A DNA stretch of 64,000 bases from the human T2T-CHM13v2.0 reference genome, Homo sapiens: assembly GCF_009914755.1 (NCBI RefSeq), contig NC_060947.1; one strand, given 5' to 3'. Below the pieces are notes generated by a model. It did no database searches and had not been told where the DNA came from. It saw only the letters and a program-made list of their open reading frames with translations. Positions 11,701-26,200 of this stretch are shown piece by piece (position 1 is the stretch's first letter; each line of letters opens with the position of its first letter). The translations under genes and the position numbers were made by a program.

Positions 11701-14700
11701 TCTTCAAAGAGGTCCAAATATCCCCTTGCGGATCCCACAGAAAGAGTGTTTCAAAACTGCTGTTTCAAAAGGAATCTTCAACTCTGTGAGTTGAATGCAA
11801 TCATCACAAAGAAGTTTCTGACAATGCTTCTCTCTCGTCTTTCTGTGAAGATAAAGGAAAAGGCTTTCAGGCCTTTTCCACCACAGGCCTGAAAGCGCTC
11901 CAAATGTCCACTTGCAGATTCTGCCAAAAGAATATTTCAAAACTGCTCTATGAAAAGCAATGTTAAAATCTGCGGCTCGAACACAAACATCACAAAGTAG
12001 TTTCTGAGAATGCTTCAGTTTAGTTTTTCTGTGGAAATATTCCCGTTTCCAAAGAAATCTTCAAAGAGGTCCACGTATCCACTTACAGATTCTACAAAAA
12101 GACAGTTTCAAAACTGCTCAATCAAAAGGAGGGTTCAACTGTGTGACTTGAATGCAATCATCACTCAGAAATTTCTCAGAATGCTTCTCTTTAGTTTTTA
12201 CGTGAACATATACCCGTTTCGAACGAAGGCCAGCCAGTGGTCCAAATATCCACTTGCAGATTCTACAGAAAGAGTGCTTCGAAACTGAACTCTCAAAGGC
12301 AGGTTCATCTCTGCGAGTTAAATGCATTCATCATGAAGAACTTTCTCAGAGTGTTTGTGTTTAGTTATGGGAAATTATTCCCGTTCCCAACGAAATCCTC
12401 AGAGAGGTCCAAATGTCCACCTGCAGATTCTACCAAAAGTGTATTTGGAAACTGCTCCATCAACAGGCATGTTCAGCTCTGTGAGTGAAACTCCATCATC
12501 ACAAAGAATATTCTGAGAATGCTTCCGTTTGCCTTTTATATGAAGCTCCTTCCTATACGACCGTACGCCTCAAAGCAGTCCAAATCTCCATTTGCAGATT
12601 CTACAAAAAGAGTGATTCCAATCTGCTCTATCAATAGGATTGTTCAACTCCATGAGTTGAATGCCATCCTCACAAAGTCGTTTCTGAGAATGCTTCTATC
12701 TAGTTTTTATGTGAAGATATTTCCTTTTCCACCACACGCCTCAAAGCCCTCCAAACGTCCACTTGCAGATTCTCGAAAAAGAGTGTTTCATAGCTGCTCT
12801 TTCAAAAGGAAAGTTCAACTCTGGGAGTTGAATACAAACATCACAACGTAGTTTCCGAGAATGCTTCTGTTTAGTTCTTATGTGAAGATGATCCCGTTTC
12901 CAGTGAAATCTTCAAAGAGGTCCACATATCCCCTTGCAGATTCCAAAGAAAGAGGGTTTCAAAACTGCTCCATCAAAAGGATTGTTCAACTCTGTGAGTG
13001 GAATGCAGTCATCGCAGAAAACTTTCTGAGAATGCTTCTGTCTAGGTTTGATGTGAAGATATAGACGTTTCAAACGAAGGCTACAAAGTGGTCAAAATAT
13101 ACACTTGCAGATTCTACTACAAGGGTGTTGCAAACCTGAACTATCAAAGGAAGGTTCAACTCTGTGAGTTGAATACAAACATCACAAAGAATGTTCTGAG
13201 TTTGCTTCCGTTCAGTTATGGGAAGTTGATCCCGTTCCCAACGAAATCCTCAGAGAGGTCCAAATATCCCCTTGCAGATTCTACAAAACGTGTGTTTGGA
13301 AACTGCTCCATCATAACGAATGTTCAGCTCTCTGAGTTAAACTCCATCGTCACAAAGAATTTTCTGAGAGTGCTACCGTCTAGTTTTTATATGAAGTTCT
13401 TTCCTTTACTACCACAGGCCTCAAAGCGGTCCAAATCTCCACTTGCAGATTCTACAAAAAGAGTGTCTGCAAACTGCTCTATCAAAAGGAATGTTCAACT
13501 CTGGGAGTTGAATGCAATCATCACAGAGCAGTTTCTGAGAATGCTTCTATGTCGTTTTTAGGAGAAGATATTTCCTTTTCCAACACAGTCCTCCAAGCCC
13601 GCTAAATATCCACTTGCACATTGTAGAAAAAGTGTGTCGAAGCTGCGCTATCAAAGGGAAAGTTCAACTCTGTGAGGTGAATGCAAACATCCCAAAGAAG
13701 TTTCTGAGAATGCTTCCGTTTAGCTTTTAGGTGAAGATTATCCCGTTTCCAACGAAAGCTTCAAAGAGGTCCAAATATCCCCTTGCGGATCCCACAGAAA
13801 GAGTGTTTCGAAACTGCTGTTTGAAAAGGAATCTTCAACTCTGTGAGTTGAATGCAATCATCACAAAGAAGTTTCTGACAATGCTTCTCTCTCGTCTTTC
13901 TGTGAAGATAAAGGAAAAGGCTTTCAGGCCTTTTCCACCACAGGCCTGAAAGCGCTCCAAATGTCCACTTGCAGATTCTGCCAAAAGAATATTTCAAAAC
14001 TGCTCTATGAAAAGCAATGTTAAACTCTGCGGCTCGAACACAAACATCACAAAGCAGTTTCTGAGAAGGCTTCAGTTTAGGTTTTCTGTGGAAATATTCC
14101 CGTTTCCAAAGAAATCTTCAAAGAGGTCCACGTATCCACTTACAGATTCTACAAAAAGACAGTTTCAAAACTGCTCAATCAAAAGGAGGGTTCAACTGTG
14201 TGACTTGAATGCAATCATCACTCAGAAGTTTCTGAGAATGCTTCTCTTTAGTTTTTACGTGAACATATACCCGTTTCGAACGAAGGCCACCCAGTGGTCC
14301 AAATATCCACTTGCAGATTCTACAGAAAGAGTGTTTCGAACCTGAACTCTCAAAGGCAGGTTCATCTCTGCGAGTTAAATGCATTCATCATGAAGAACTT
14401 TCTCAGCGTGTTTGTGTTTAGTTATGGGAAATTATTCCCGTTCCCAACGAAATCCTCAGAGAGGTCCAAATGTCCACCTGCAGATTCTACCAAAAGTGTA
14501 TTTGGAAACTGCTCCATCAACAGGCATGTTCAGCTCTGTGAGTGAAACTCCATCATCACAAAGAATATTCTGAGAATGCTTCCGTTTGCCTTTTATATGA
14601 AGTTCCTTCCTATACGACCGTAGGCCTCAAAGCAGTCCAAATCTCCATTTGCAGATTCTACAAAAAGAGTGATTCCAATCTGCTCTATCAATAGGATTGT

Positions 14701-17250
14701 TCAACTCCATGAGTTGAATGCCATCCTCACAAAGTCGTTTCTGAGAATGTTTCTATCTAGTTTTTATGTGAAGATATTTCCTTTTCCACCACAGGCCTCA
14801 AAGCCCTCCAAACGTCCACTTGCAGATTCTCGAAAAAGAGTGTTTCATAGCTGCTCTTTCAAAAGGAAAGTTCAACTCTGGGAGTTGAATACAAACATCA
14901 CAAAGTAGTTTCCGAGAATGCTTCTGTTTAGTTTTTATGTGAAGATGATCCCGTTTCCAGTGAAATCTTCAAAGAGGTCAACATATCCCCTTGCAGATTC
15001 CAAAGAAAGAGGGTTTCAAAACTGCTCCATCAAAAGGATTGTTCAACTCTGTGAGTTGAATGCAGTCATCGCAGAAAACTTTCTGAGAATGCTTCTGTCT
15101 AGGTTTGATGTGAAGATATAGACGTTTCAAACGAAGGCTACAAAGTGGTCAAAATATACACTTGCAGATTCTACTACACGGGTGTTGCAAACCTGAACAA
15201 TCAAAGGAAGGTTCAACTCTGTGAGTTGAATACAAACATCACAAAGAATGTTCTGAGTTTGCTTCCGTTCAGTTATGGGAAGTTGATCCCGTTCCCAACG
15301 AAATCCTCAGAGAGGTCCAAATATCCCCTTGCAGATTCTACAAAACGTGTGTTTGGAAACTGCTCCATCATAACGAATGTTCAGCTCTCTGAGTTAAACT
15401 CCATCGTCACAAAGAATTTTCTGAGAGTGCTACCGTCTAGTTTTTATATGAAGTTCTTTCCTTTACTACCACAGGCCTCAAAGCGGTCCAAATCTCCACT
15501 TGCAGATTCTACAAAAAGAGTGTCTGCAAACTGCTCTATCAAAAGGAATGTTCAACTCTGGGAGTTGAATGCAATCATCACAGAGCAGTTTCTGAGAATG
15601 CTTCTATGTCGTTTTTAGGAGAAGATATTTCCTTTTCCAACACAGTCCTCCAAGCCCGCTAAATATCCACTTGCACATTGTAGAAAAAGTGTGTCGAAGC
15701 TGCGCTATCAAAGGGAAAGTTCAACTCTGTGAGGTGAATGCAAACATCCCAAAGAAGTTTCTGAGAATGCTTCCGTTTAGCTTTTAGGTGAAGATTATCC
15801 CGTTTCCAACGAAATCTTCAAAGAGGTCCAAATATCCCCTTGCGGATCCCACAGAAAGAGTGTTTCAAAACTGCTGTTTCAAAAGGAATCTTCAACTCTG
15901 TGAGTTGAATGCAATCATCACAAAGAAGTTTCTGACAATGCTTCTCTCTCGTCTTTCTGTGAAGATAAAGGAAAAGGCTTTCAGGCCTTTTCCACCACAG
16001 GCCTGAAAGCGCTCCAAATGTCCACTTGCAGATTCTGCCAAAAGAATATTTCAAAACTGCTCTATGAAAAGCAATGTTAAAATCTGCGGCTCGAACACAA
16101 ACATCACAAAGTAGTTTCTGAGAATGCTTCAGTTTAGTTTTTCTGTGGAAATATTCCCGTTTCCAAAGAAATCTTCAAAGAGGTCCACGTATCCACTTAC
16201 AGATTCTACAAAAAGACAGTTTCAAAACTGCTCAATCAAAAGGAGGGTTCAACTGTGTGACTTGAATGCAATCATCACTCAGAAATTTCTCAGAATGCTT
16301 CTCTTTAGTTTTTACGTGAACATATACCCGTTTCGAACGAAGGCCAGCCAGTGGTCCAAATATCCACTTGCAGATTCTACAGAAAGGGTGTTTCGAACCT
16401 GAACTCTCAAAGGCAGGTTCATCTCTGCGAGTTAAATGCATTCATCATGAAGAACTTTCTCAGAGTGTTTGTGTTTAGTTATGGGAAATTATTCCCGTTT
16501 CCAACGAAATCCTCAGAGAGGTCCAAATGTCCACCTGCAGATTCTACCAAAAGTGTATTTGGAAACTGCTCCATCAACAGGCATGTTCAGCTCTGTGAGT
16601 GAAACTCCATCATCACAAAGAATATTCTGAGAATGCTTCCGTTTGCCTTTTATATGAAGCTCCTTCCTATACGACCGTACGCCTCAAAGCAGTCCAAATC
16701 TCCATTTGCAGATTCTACAAAAAGAGTGATTCCAATCTGCTCTATCAATAGGATTGTTCAACTCCATGAGTTGAATGCCATCCTCACAAAGTCGTTTCTG
16801 AGAATGCTTCTATCTAGTTTTTATGTGAAGATATTTCCTTTTCCACCACACGCCTCAAAGCCCTCCAAACGTCCACTTGCAGATTCTCGAAAAAGAGTGT
16901 TTCATAGCTGCTCTTTCAAAAGGAAAGTTCAACTCTGGGAGTTGAATACAAACATCACAAAGTAGTTTCCGAGAATGCTTCTGTTTAGTTCTTATGTGAA
17001 GATGATCCCGTTTCCAGTGAAATCTTCAAAGAGGTCCACATATCCCCTTGCAGATTCCAAAGAAAGAGGGTTTCAAAACTGCTCCATCAAAAGGATTGTT
17101 CAACTCTGTGAGTGGAATGCAGTCATCGCAGAAAACTTTCTGAGAATGCTTCTGTCTAGGTTTGATGTGAAGATATAGACGTTTCAAACGAAGGCTACAA
17201 AGTGGTCAAAATATACACTTGCAGATTGTACTACAAGGGTGTTGCAAACC
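8800..17250. repeat. Two-HOR (4,114 bp) super-repeat block
   Basis: Diagnostic variants recur at +4,114: GAGTGGAAT (8882/12996/17110), AAGCTT (9642/13756), and TACACGGG, GGTCAAC, AAAGTAGTTTCTG, GGCCAGCCAG, CGTACGCC, CACACGCC in alternate units. Confidence 0.8.
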
Positions 17251-20200
17251 TGAACTATCAAAGGAAGGTTCAACTCTGTGAGTTGAATACAAACATCACA
17301 AAGAATGTTCTGAGTTTGCTTCCGTTCAGTTATGGGAAGTTGATCCCGTTCCCAACGAAATCCTCAGAGAGGTCCAAATATCCCCTTGCAGATTCTACAA
17401 AACGTGTGTTTGGAAACTGCTCCATCATAACGAATGTTCAGCTCTCTGAGTTAAACTCCATCGTCACAAAGAATTTTCTGAGAGTGCTACCGTCTAGTTT
17501 TTATATGAAGTTCTTTCCTTTACTACCACAGGCCTCAAAGCGGTCCAAATCTCCACTTGCAGATTCTACAAAAAGAGTGTCTGCAAACTGCTCTATCAAA
17601 AGGAATGTTCAACTCTGGGAGTTGAATGCAATCATCACAGAGCAGTTTCTGAGAATGCTTCTATGTCGTTTTTAGGAGAAGATATTTCCTTTTCCAACAC
17701 AGTCCTCCAAGCCCGCTAAATATCCACTTGCACATTGTAGAAAAAGTGTGTCGAAGCTGCGCTATCAAAGGGAAAGTTCAACTCTGTGAGGTGAATGCAA
17801 ACATCCCAAAGAAGTTTCTGAGAATGCTTCCGTTTAGCTTTTAGGTGAAGATTATCCCGTTTCCAACGAAATCTTCAAAGAGGTCCAAATATCCCCTTGC
17901 GGATCCCACAGAAAGAGTGTTTCGAAACTGCTGTTTCAAAAGGAATCTTCAACTCTGTGAGTTGAATGCAATCATCACAAAGAAGTTTCTGACAATGCTT
18001 CTCTCTCGTCTTTCTGTGAAGATAAAGGAAAAGGCTTTCAGGCCTTTTCCACCACAGGCCTGAAAGCGCTCCAAATGTCCACTTGCAGATTCTGCCAAAA
18101 GAATATTTCAAAACTGCTCTATGAAAAGCAATGTTAAACTCTGCGGCTCGAACACAAACATCACAAAGCAGTTTCTGAGAAGGCTTCAGTTTAGGTTTTC
18201 TGTGGAAATATTCCCGTTTCCAAAGAAATCTTCAAAGAGGTCCACGTATCCACTTACAGATTCTACAAAAAGACAGTTTCAAAACTGCTCAATCAAAAGG
18301 AGGGTTCAACTGTGTGACTTGAATGCAATCATCACTCAGAAGTTTCTGAGAATGCTTCTCTTTAGTTTTTACGTGAACATATACCCGTTTCGAATGAAGG
18401 CCACCCAGTGGTCCAAATATCCACTTGCAGATTCTACAGAAAGAGTGTTTCGAACCTGAACTCTCAAAGGCAGGTTCATCTCTGCGAATTAAATGCATTC
18501 CTCATGAAGAACTTTCTCAGCGTGTTTGTGTTTAGTTATGGGAAATTATTCCCGTTCCCAACGAAATCCTCAGAGAGGTCCAAATGTCCACCTGCAGATT
18601 CTACCAAAAGTGTATTTGGAAACTGCTCCATCAACAGGCATGTTCAGCTCTCTGAGTGAAACTCCATCATCACAAAGAATATTCTGAGAATGCTTCCGTT
18701 TGCCTTTTATATGAAGCTCCTTCCTATACGACCGTAGGCCTCAAAGCAGTCCAAATCTCCATTTGCAGATTCTACAAAAAGAGTGATTCCAATCTGCTCT
18801 ATCAATAGGATTGTTCAACTCCATGAGTTGAATGCCATCCTCACAAAGTCGTTTCTGAGAATGCTTCTATCTAGTTTTTATGTGAAGATATTTCCTTTTC
18901 CACCACAGGCCTCAAAGCCCTCCAAACGTCCACTTGCAGATTCTCGAAAAAGAGTGTTTCATAGCTGCTCTTTCAAAAGGAAAGTTCAACTCTGGGAGTT
19001 GAATACAAACATCACAAAGTAGTTTCCGAGAATGCTTCTGTTTAGTTCTTATGTGAAGATGATCCCGTTTCCAGTGAAATCTTCAAAGAGGTCCACATAT
19101 CCCCTTGCAGATTCCAAAGAAAGAGGGTTTCAAAACTGCTCCATCAAAAGGATTGTTCAACTCTGTGAGTTGAATGCAGTCATCGCAGAAAACTTTCTGA
19201 GAATGCTTCTGTCTAGGTTTGATGTGAAGATATAGACGTTTCAAACGAAGGCTACAAAGTGGTCAAAATATACACTTGCAGATTCTACTACAAGGGTGTT
19301 GCAAACCTGAACTATCAAAGGAAGGTTCAACACTGTGAGTTGAATACAAACATCACAAAGAATGTTCTGAGTTTGCTTCCGTTCAGTTATGGGAAGTTGA
19401 TCCCGTTCCCAACGAAATCCTCAGAGAGGTCCAAATATCCCCTTGCAGATTCTACAAAACGTGTGTTTGGAAACTGCTCCATCATAACGAATGTTCAGCT
19501 CTCTGAGTTAAACTCCATCGTCACAAAGAATTTTCTGAGAGTGCTACCGTCTAGTTTTTATATGAAGTTCTTTCCTTTACTACCACAGGCCTCAAAGCGG
19601 TCCAAATCTCCACTTGCAGATTCTACAAAAAGAGTGTCTGCGAACTGCTCTATCAAAAGGAATGTTCAACTCTGGGAGTTGAATGCAATCATCACAGAGC
19701 AGTTTCTGAGAATGCTTCTATGTCGTTTTTAGGAGAAGATATTTCCTTTTCCAACACAGTCCTCCAAGCCCGCTAAATATCCACTTGCACATTGTAGAAA
19801 AAGTGTGTCGAAGCTGCGCTATCAAAGGGAAAGTTCAACTCTGTGAGGTGAATGCAAACATCCCAAAGAAGTTTCTGAGAATGCTTCCGTTTAGCTTTTA
19901 GGTGAAGATTATCCCGTTTCCAACGAAATCTTCAAAGAGGTCCAAATATCCCCTTGCGGATCCCACAGAAAGAGTGTTTCGAAACTGCTGTTTCAAAAGG
20001 AATCTTCAACTCTGTGAGTTGAATGCAATCATCACAAAGAAGTTTCTGACAATGCTTCTCTCTCGTCTTTCTGTGAAGATAAAGGAAAAGGCTTTCAGGC
20101 CTTTTCCACCACAGGCCTGAAAGCGCTCCAAATGTCCACTTGCAGATTCTGCCAAAAGAATATTTCAAAACTGCTCTATGAAAAGCAATGTTAAACTCTG

Positions 20201-23200
20201 CGGCTCGAACACAAACATCACAAAGCAGTTTCTGAGAAGGCTTCAGTTTAGGTTTTCTGTGGAAATATTCCCGTTTCCAAAGAAATCTTCAAAGAGGTCC
20301 ACGTATCCACTTACAGATTCTACAAAAAGACAGTTTCAAAACTGCTCAATCAAAAGGAGGGTTCAACTGTGTGACTTGAATGCAATCATCACTCAGAACT
20401 TTCTGAGAATGCTTCTCTTTAGTTTTTACGTGAACATATACCCGTTTCGAACGAAGGCCACCCAGTGGTCCAAATATCCACTTGCAGATTCTACAGAAAG
20501 AGTGTTTCGAACCTGAACTCTCAAAGGCAGGTTCATCTCTGCGAGTTAAATGCATTCATCATGAAGAACTTTCTCAGCGTGTTTGTGTTTAGTTATGGGA
20601 AATTATTCCCGTTCCCAACGAAATCCTCAGAGAGGTCCAAATGTCCACCTGCAGATTCTACCAAAAGTGTATTTGGAAACTGCTCCATCAACAGGCATGT
20701 TCAGCTCTGTGAGTGAAACTCCATCATCACAAAGAATATTCTGAGAATGCTTCCGTTTGCCTTTTATATGAAGCTCCTTCCTATACGACCGTAGGCCTCA
20801 AAGCAGTCCAAATCTCCATTTGCAGATTCTACAAAAAGAGTGATTCCAATCTGCTCTATCAATAGGATTGTTCAACTCCATGAGTTGAATGCCATCCTCA
20901 CAAAGTCGTTTCTGAGAATGCTTCTATCTAGTTTTTATGTGAAGATATTTCCTTTTCCACCACAGGCCTCAAAGCCCTCCAAACGTCCACTTGCAGATTC
21001 TCGAAAAAGAGTGTTTCATAGCTGCTCTTTCAAAAGGAAAGTTCAACTCTGGGAGTTGAATACAAACATCACAAAGTAGTTTCCGAGAATGCTTCTGTTT
21101 AGTTTTTATGTGAAGATGATCCCGTTTCCAGTGAAATCTTCAAAGAGGTCCACATATCCCCTTGCAGATTCCAAAGAAAGAGGGTTTCAAAACTGCTCCA
21201 TCAAAAGGATTGTTCAACTCTGTGAGTTGAATGCAGTCATCGCAGAAAACTTTCTGAGAATGCTTCTGTCTAGGTTTGATGTGAAGATATAGACGTTTCA
21301 AACGAAGGCTACAAAGTGGTCAAAATATACACTTGCAGATTCTACTACAAGGGTGTTGCAAACCTGAACTATCAAAGGAAGGTTCAACTCTGTGAGTTGA
21401 ATACAAACATCACAAAGAATGTTCTGAGTTTGCTTCCGTTCAGTTATGGGAAGTTGATCCCGTTCCCAACGAAATCCTCAGAGAGGTCCAAATATCCCCT
21501 TGCAGATTCTACAAAACGTGTGTTTGGAAACTGCTCCATCATAACGAATGTTCAGCTCTCTGAGTTAAACTCCATCGTCACAAAGAATTTTCTGAGAGTG
21601 CTACCGTCTAGTTTTTATATGAAGTTCTTTCCTTTACTACCACAGGCCTCAAAGCGGTCCAAATCTCCACTTGCAGATTCTACAAAAAGAGTGTCTGCAA
21701 ACTGCTCTATCAAAAGGAATGTTCAACTCTGGGAGTTGAATGCAATCATCACAGAGCAGTTTCTGAGAATGCTTCTATGTCGTTTTTAGGAGAAGATATT
21801 TCCTTTTCCAACACAGTCCTCCAAGCCCGCTAAATATCCACTTGCACATTGTAGAAAAAGTGTGTCGAAGCTGCGCTATCAAAGGGAAAGTTCAACTCTG
21901 TGAGGTGAATGCAAACATCCCAAAGAAGTTTCTGAGAATGCTTCCGTTTAGCTTTTAGGTGAAGATTATCCCGTTTCCAATGAAATCTTCAAAGAGGTCC
22001 AAATATCCCCTTGCGGATCCCACAGAAAGAGTGTTTCGAAACTGCTGTTTCAAAAGGAATCTTCAACTCTGTGAGTTGAATGCAATCATCACAAAGAAGT
22101 TTCTGACAATGCTTCTCTCTCGTCTTTCTGTGAAGATAAAGGAAAAGGCTTTCAGGCCTTTTCCACCACAGGCCTGAAAGCGCTCCAAATGTCCACTTGC
22201 AGATTCTGCCAAAAGAATATTTCAAAACTGCTCTATGAAAAGCAATGTTAAACTCTGCGGCTCGAACACAAACATCACAAAGCAGTTTCTGAGAAGGCTT
22301 CAGTTTAGTTTTTCTGTGGAAATATTCCCGTTTCCAAAGAAATCTTCAAAGAGGTCCACGTATCCACTTACAGATTCTACAAAAAGACAGTTTCAAAACT
22401 GCTCAATCAAAAGGAGGGTTCAACTGTGTGACTTGAATGCAATCATCACTCAGAAGTTTCTGAGAATGCTTCTCTTTAGTTTTTACGTGAACATATACCC
22501 GTTTCGAACGAAGGCCACCCAGTGGTCCAAATATCCACTTGCAGATTCTACAAAAAGAGTGTTTCGAACCTGAACTCTCAAAGGCAGGTTCATCTCTGCG
22601 AGTTAAATGCATTCATCATGAAGAACTTTCTCAGCGTGTTTGTGTTTAGTTATGGGAAATTATTCCCGTTCCCAACGAAATCCTCAGAGAGGTCCAAATG
22701 TCCACCTGCAGATTCTACCAAAAGTGTATTTGGAAACTGCTCCATCAACAGGCATGTTCAGCTCTGTGAGTGAAACTCCATCATCACAAAGAATATTCTG
22801 AGAATGCTTCCGTTTGCCTTTTATATGAAGTTCCTTCCTATACGACCGTAGGCCTCAAAGCAGTCCAAATCTCCATTTGCAGATTCTACAAAAAGAGTGA
22901 TTCCAATCTGCTCTATCAATAGGATTGTTCAACTCCATGAGTTGAATGCCATCCTCACAAAGTCGTTTCTGAGAATGCTTCTATCTAGTTTTTATGTGAA
23001 GATATTTCCTTTTCCACCACAGGCCTCAAAGCCCTCCAAACGTCCACTTGCAGATTCTCGAAAAAGAGTGTTTCATAGCTGCTCTTTCAAAAGGAAAGTT
23101 CAACTCTGGGAGTTCAATACAAACATCACAAAGTAGTTTCCGAGAATGCTTCTGTTTAGTTCTTATGTGAAGATGATCCCGTTTCCAGTGATATCTTCAA

Positions 23201-26200
23201 AGAGGTCCACATATCCCCTTGCAGATTCCAAAGAAAGAGGGTTTCAAAACTGCTCCATCAAAAGGATTGTTCAACTCTGTGAGTTGAATGCAGTCATCAC
23301 AGAAAACTTTCTGAGAATGCTTCTGTCTAGGTTTGATGTGAAGATATAGACGTTTCAAACGAAGGCTACAAAGTGGTCAAAATATACACTTGCAGATTCT
23401 ACTACAAGGGTGTTGCAAACCTGAACTATCAAAGGAAGGTTCAACTCTGTGAGTTGAATACAAACATCGCAAAGAATGCTCTGAGTTTGCTTCCGTTCAG
23501 TTATGGGAAGTTGATCCCATTCCCAACGAAATCCTCAGAGAGGTCCAAATATCCCCTTGCAGATTCTACAAAACGTGTGTTTGGAAACTGCTCCATCATA
23601 ACGAATGTTCAGCTCTCTGAGTTAAACTCCATCGTCACAAAGAATTTTCTGAGAGTGCTACCGTCTAGTTTTTATATGAAGTTCTTTCCTTTACTACCAC
23701 AGGCCTCAAAGCGGTCCAAATCTCCACTTGCAGATTCTACAAAAAGAGTGTCTGCAAACTGCTCTATCAAAAGGAATGTTCAACTCTGGGAGTTGAATGC
23801 AATCATCACAGAGCAGTTTCTGAGAATGCTTCTATGTCGTTTTTAGGAGAAGATATTTCCTTTTCCAACACAGTCCTCCAAGCCCGCTAAATATCCACTT
23901 GCACATTGTAGAAAAAGTGTGTCGAAGCTGCGCTATCAAAGGGAAAGTTCAACTCTGTGAGGTGAATGCAAACATCCCAAAGAAGTTTCTGAGAATGCTT
24001 CCGTTTAGCTTTTAGGTGAAGATTATCCCGTTTCCAATGAAATCTTCAAAGAGGTCCAAATATTCCCTTGCGGATCCCACAGAAAGAGTGTTTCGAAACT
24101 GCTGTTTCAAAAGGAATCTTCAACCCTGTGAGTTGAATGCAATCATCACAAAGAAGTTTCTGACAATGCTTCTCTCTCGTCTTTCTGTGAAGATAAAGGA
24201 AAAGGCTTTCAGGCCTTTTCCACCACAGGCCTGAAAGCGCTCCAAATGTCCACTTGCAGATTCTGCCAAAAGAATATTTCAAAACTGCTCTATGAAAAGC
24301 AATGTTAAACTCTGCGGCTCGAACACAAACATCACAAAGCAGTTTCTGAGAATGCTTCAGTTTAGTTTTTCTGTGGAAATATTCCCGTTTCCAAAGAAAT
24401 CTTCAAAGAGGTCCACGTATCCACTTACAGATTCTACAAAAAGACAGTTTCAAAACTGCTCAATCAAAAGGAGGGTTCAACTGTGTGACTTGAATGCAAT
24501 CATCACTCAGAAGTTTCTGAGAATGCTTCTCTTTAGTTTTTACGTGAACATATACCCGTTTCGAACGAAGGCCACCCAGTGGTCCAAATATCCACTTGCA
24601 GATTCTACAGAAAGAGTGTTTCGAACCTGAACTCTCAAAGGCAGGTTCATCTCTGCGAGTTAAATGCATTCGTCATGAAGAACTTTCTCAGCGTGTTTGT
24701 GTTTAGTTATGGGAAATTATTCCCGTTCCCAACGAAATCCTCAGAGAGGTCCAAATGTCCACCTGCAGATTCTACCAAAAGTGTATTTGGAAACTGCTCC
24801 ATCAACAGGCATGTTCAGCTCTGTGAGTGAAACTCCATCATCACAAAGAATATTCTGAGAATGCTTCCGTTTGCCTTTTATATGAAGTTCCTTCCTATAC
24901 GACCGTAGGCCTCAAAGCAGTCCAAATCTCCATTTGCAGATTCTACAAAAAGAGTGATTCCAATCTGCTCTATCAATAGGATTGTTCAACTCCATGAGTT
25001 GAATGCCATCCTCACAAAGTCGTTTCTGAGAATGCTTCTATCTAGTTTTTATGTGAAGATATTTCCTTTTCCACCACAGGCCTCAAAGCCCTCCAAACGT
25101 CCACTTGCAGATTCTCGAAAAAGAGTGTTTCATAGCTGCTCTTTCAAAAGGAAAGTTCAACTCTGGGAGTTGAATACAAACATCACAAAGTAGTTTCCGA
25201 GAATGCTTCTGTTTAGTTCTTATGTGAAGATGATCCCGTTTCCAGTGAAATCTTCAAAGAGGTCCACATATCCCCTTGCAGATTCCAAAGAAAGAGGGTT
25301 TCAAAACTGCTCCATCAAAAGGATTGTTCAACTCTGTGAGTTGAATGCAGTCATCGCAGAAAACTTTCTGAGAATGCTTCTGTCTAGGTTTGATGTGAAG
25401 ATATAGACGTTTCAAACGAAGGCTACAAAGTGGTCAAAATATACACTTGCAGATTCCACTACAAGGGTGTTGCAAACCTGAACTATCAAAGCAAGGTTCA
25501 ACTCTGTGAGTTGAATACAAACATCGCAAAGAATGCTCTGAGTTTGCTTCCGTTCAGTTATGGGAAGTTGATCCCATTCCCAACGAAATCCTCAGAGAGG
25601 TCCAAATATCCCCTTGCAGATTCTACAAAACGTGTGTTTGGAAACTGCTCCATCATAACGAATGTTCAGCTCTCTGAGTTAAACTCCATCGTCACAAAGA
25701 ATTTTCTGAGAGTGCTACCGTCTAGTTTTTATATGAAGTTCTTTCCTTTACTACCACAGGCCTCAAAGCGGTCCAAATCTCCACTTGCAGATTCTACAAA
25801 AAGAGTGTCTGCAAACTGCTCTATCAAAAGGAATGTTCAACTCTGGGAGTTGAATGCAATCATCACAGAGCAGTTTCTGAGAATGCTTCTATGTCGTTTT
25901 TAGGAGAAGATATTTCCTTTTCCAACACAGTCCTCCAAGCCCGCTAAATATCCACTTGCACATTGTAGAAAAAGTGTGTCGAAGCTGCGCTATCAAAGGG
26001 AAAGTTCAACTCTGTGAGGTGAATGCAAACATCCCAAAGAAGTTTCTGAGAATGCTTCCGTTTAGCTTTTAGGTGAAGATTATCCCGTTTCCAACGAAAT
26101 CTTCAAAGAGGTCCAAATATCCCCTTGCGGATCCCACAGAAAGAGTATTTCGAAACTGCTGTTTCAAAAGGAATCTTCAACTCTGTGAGTTGAATGCAAT

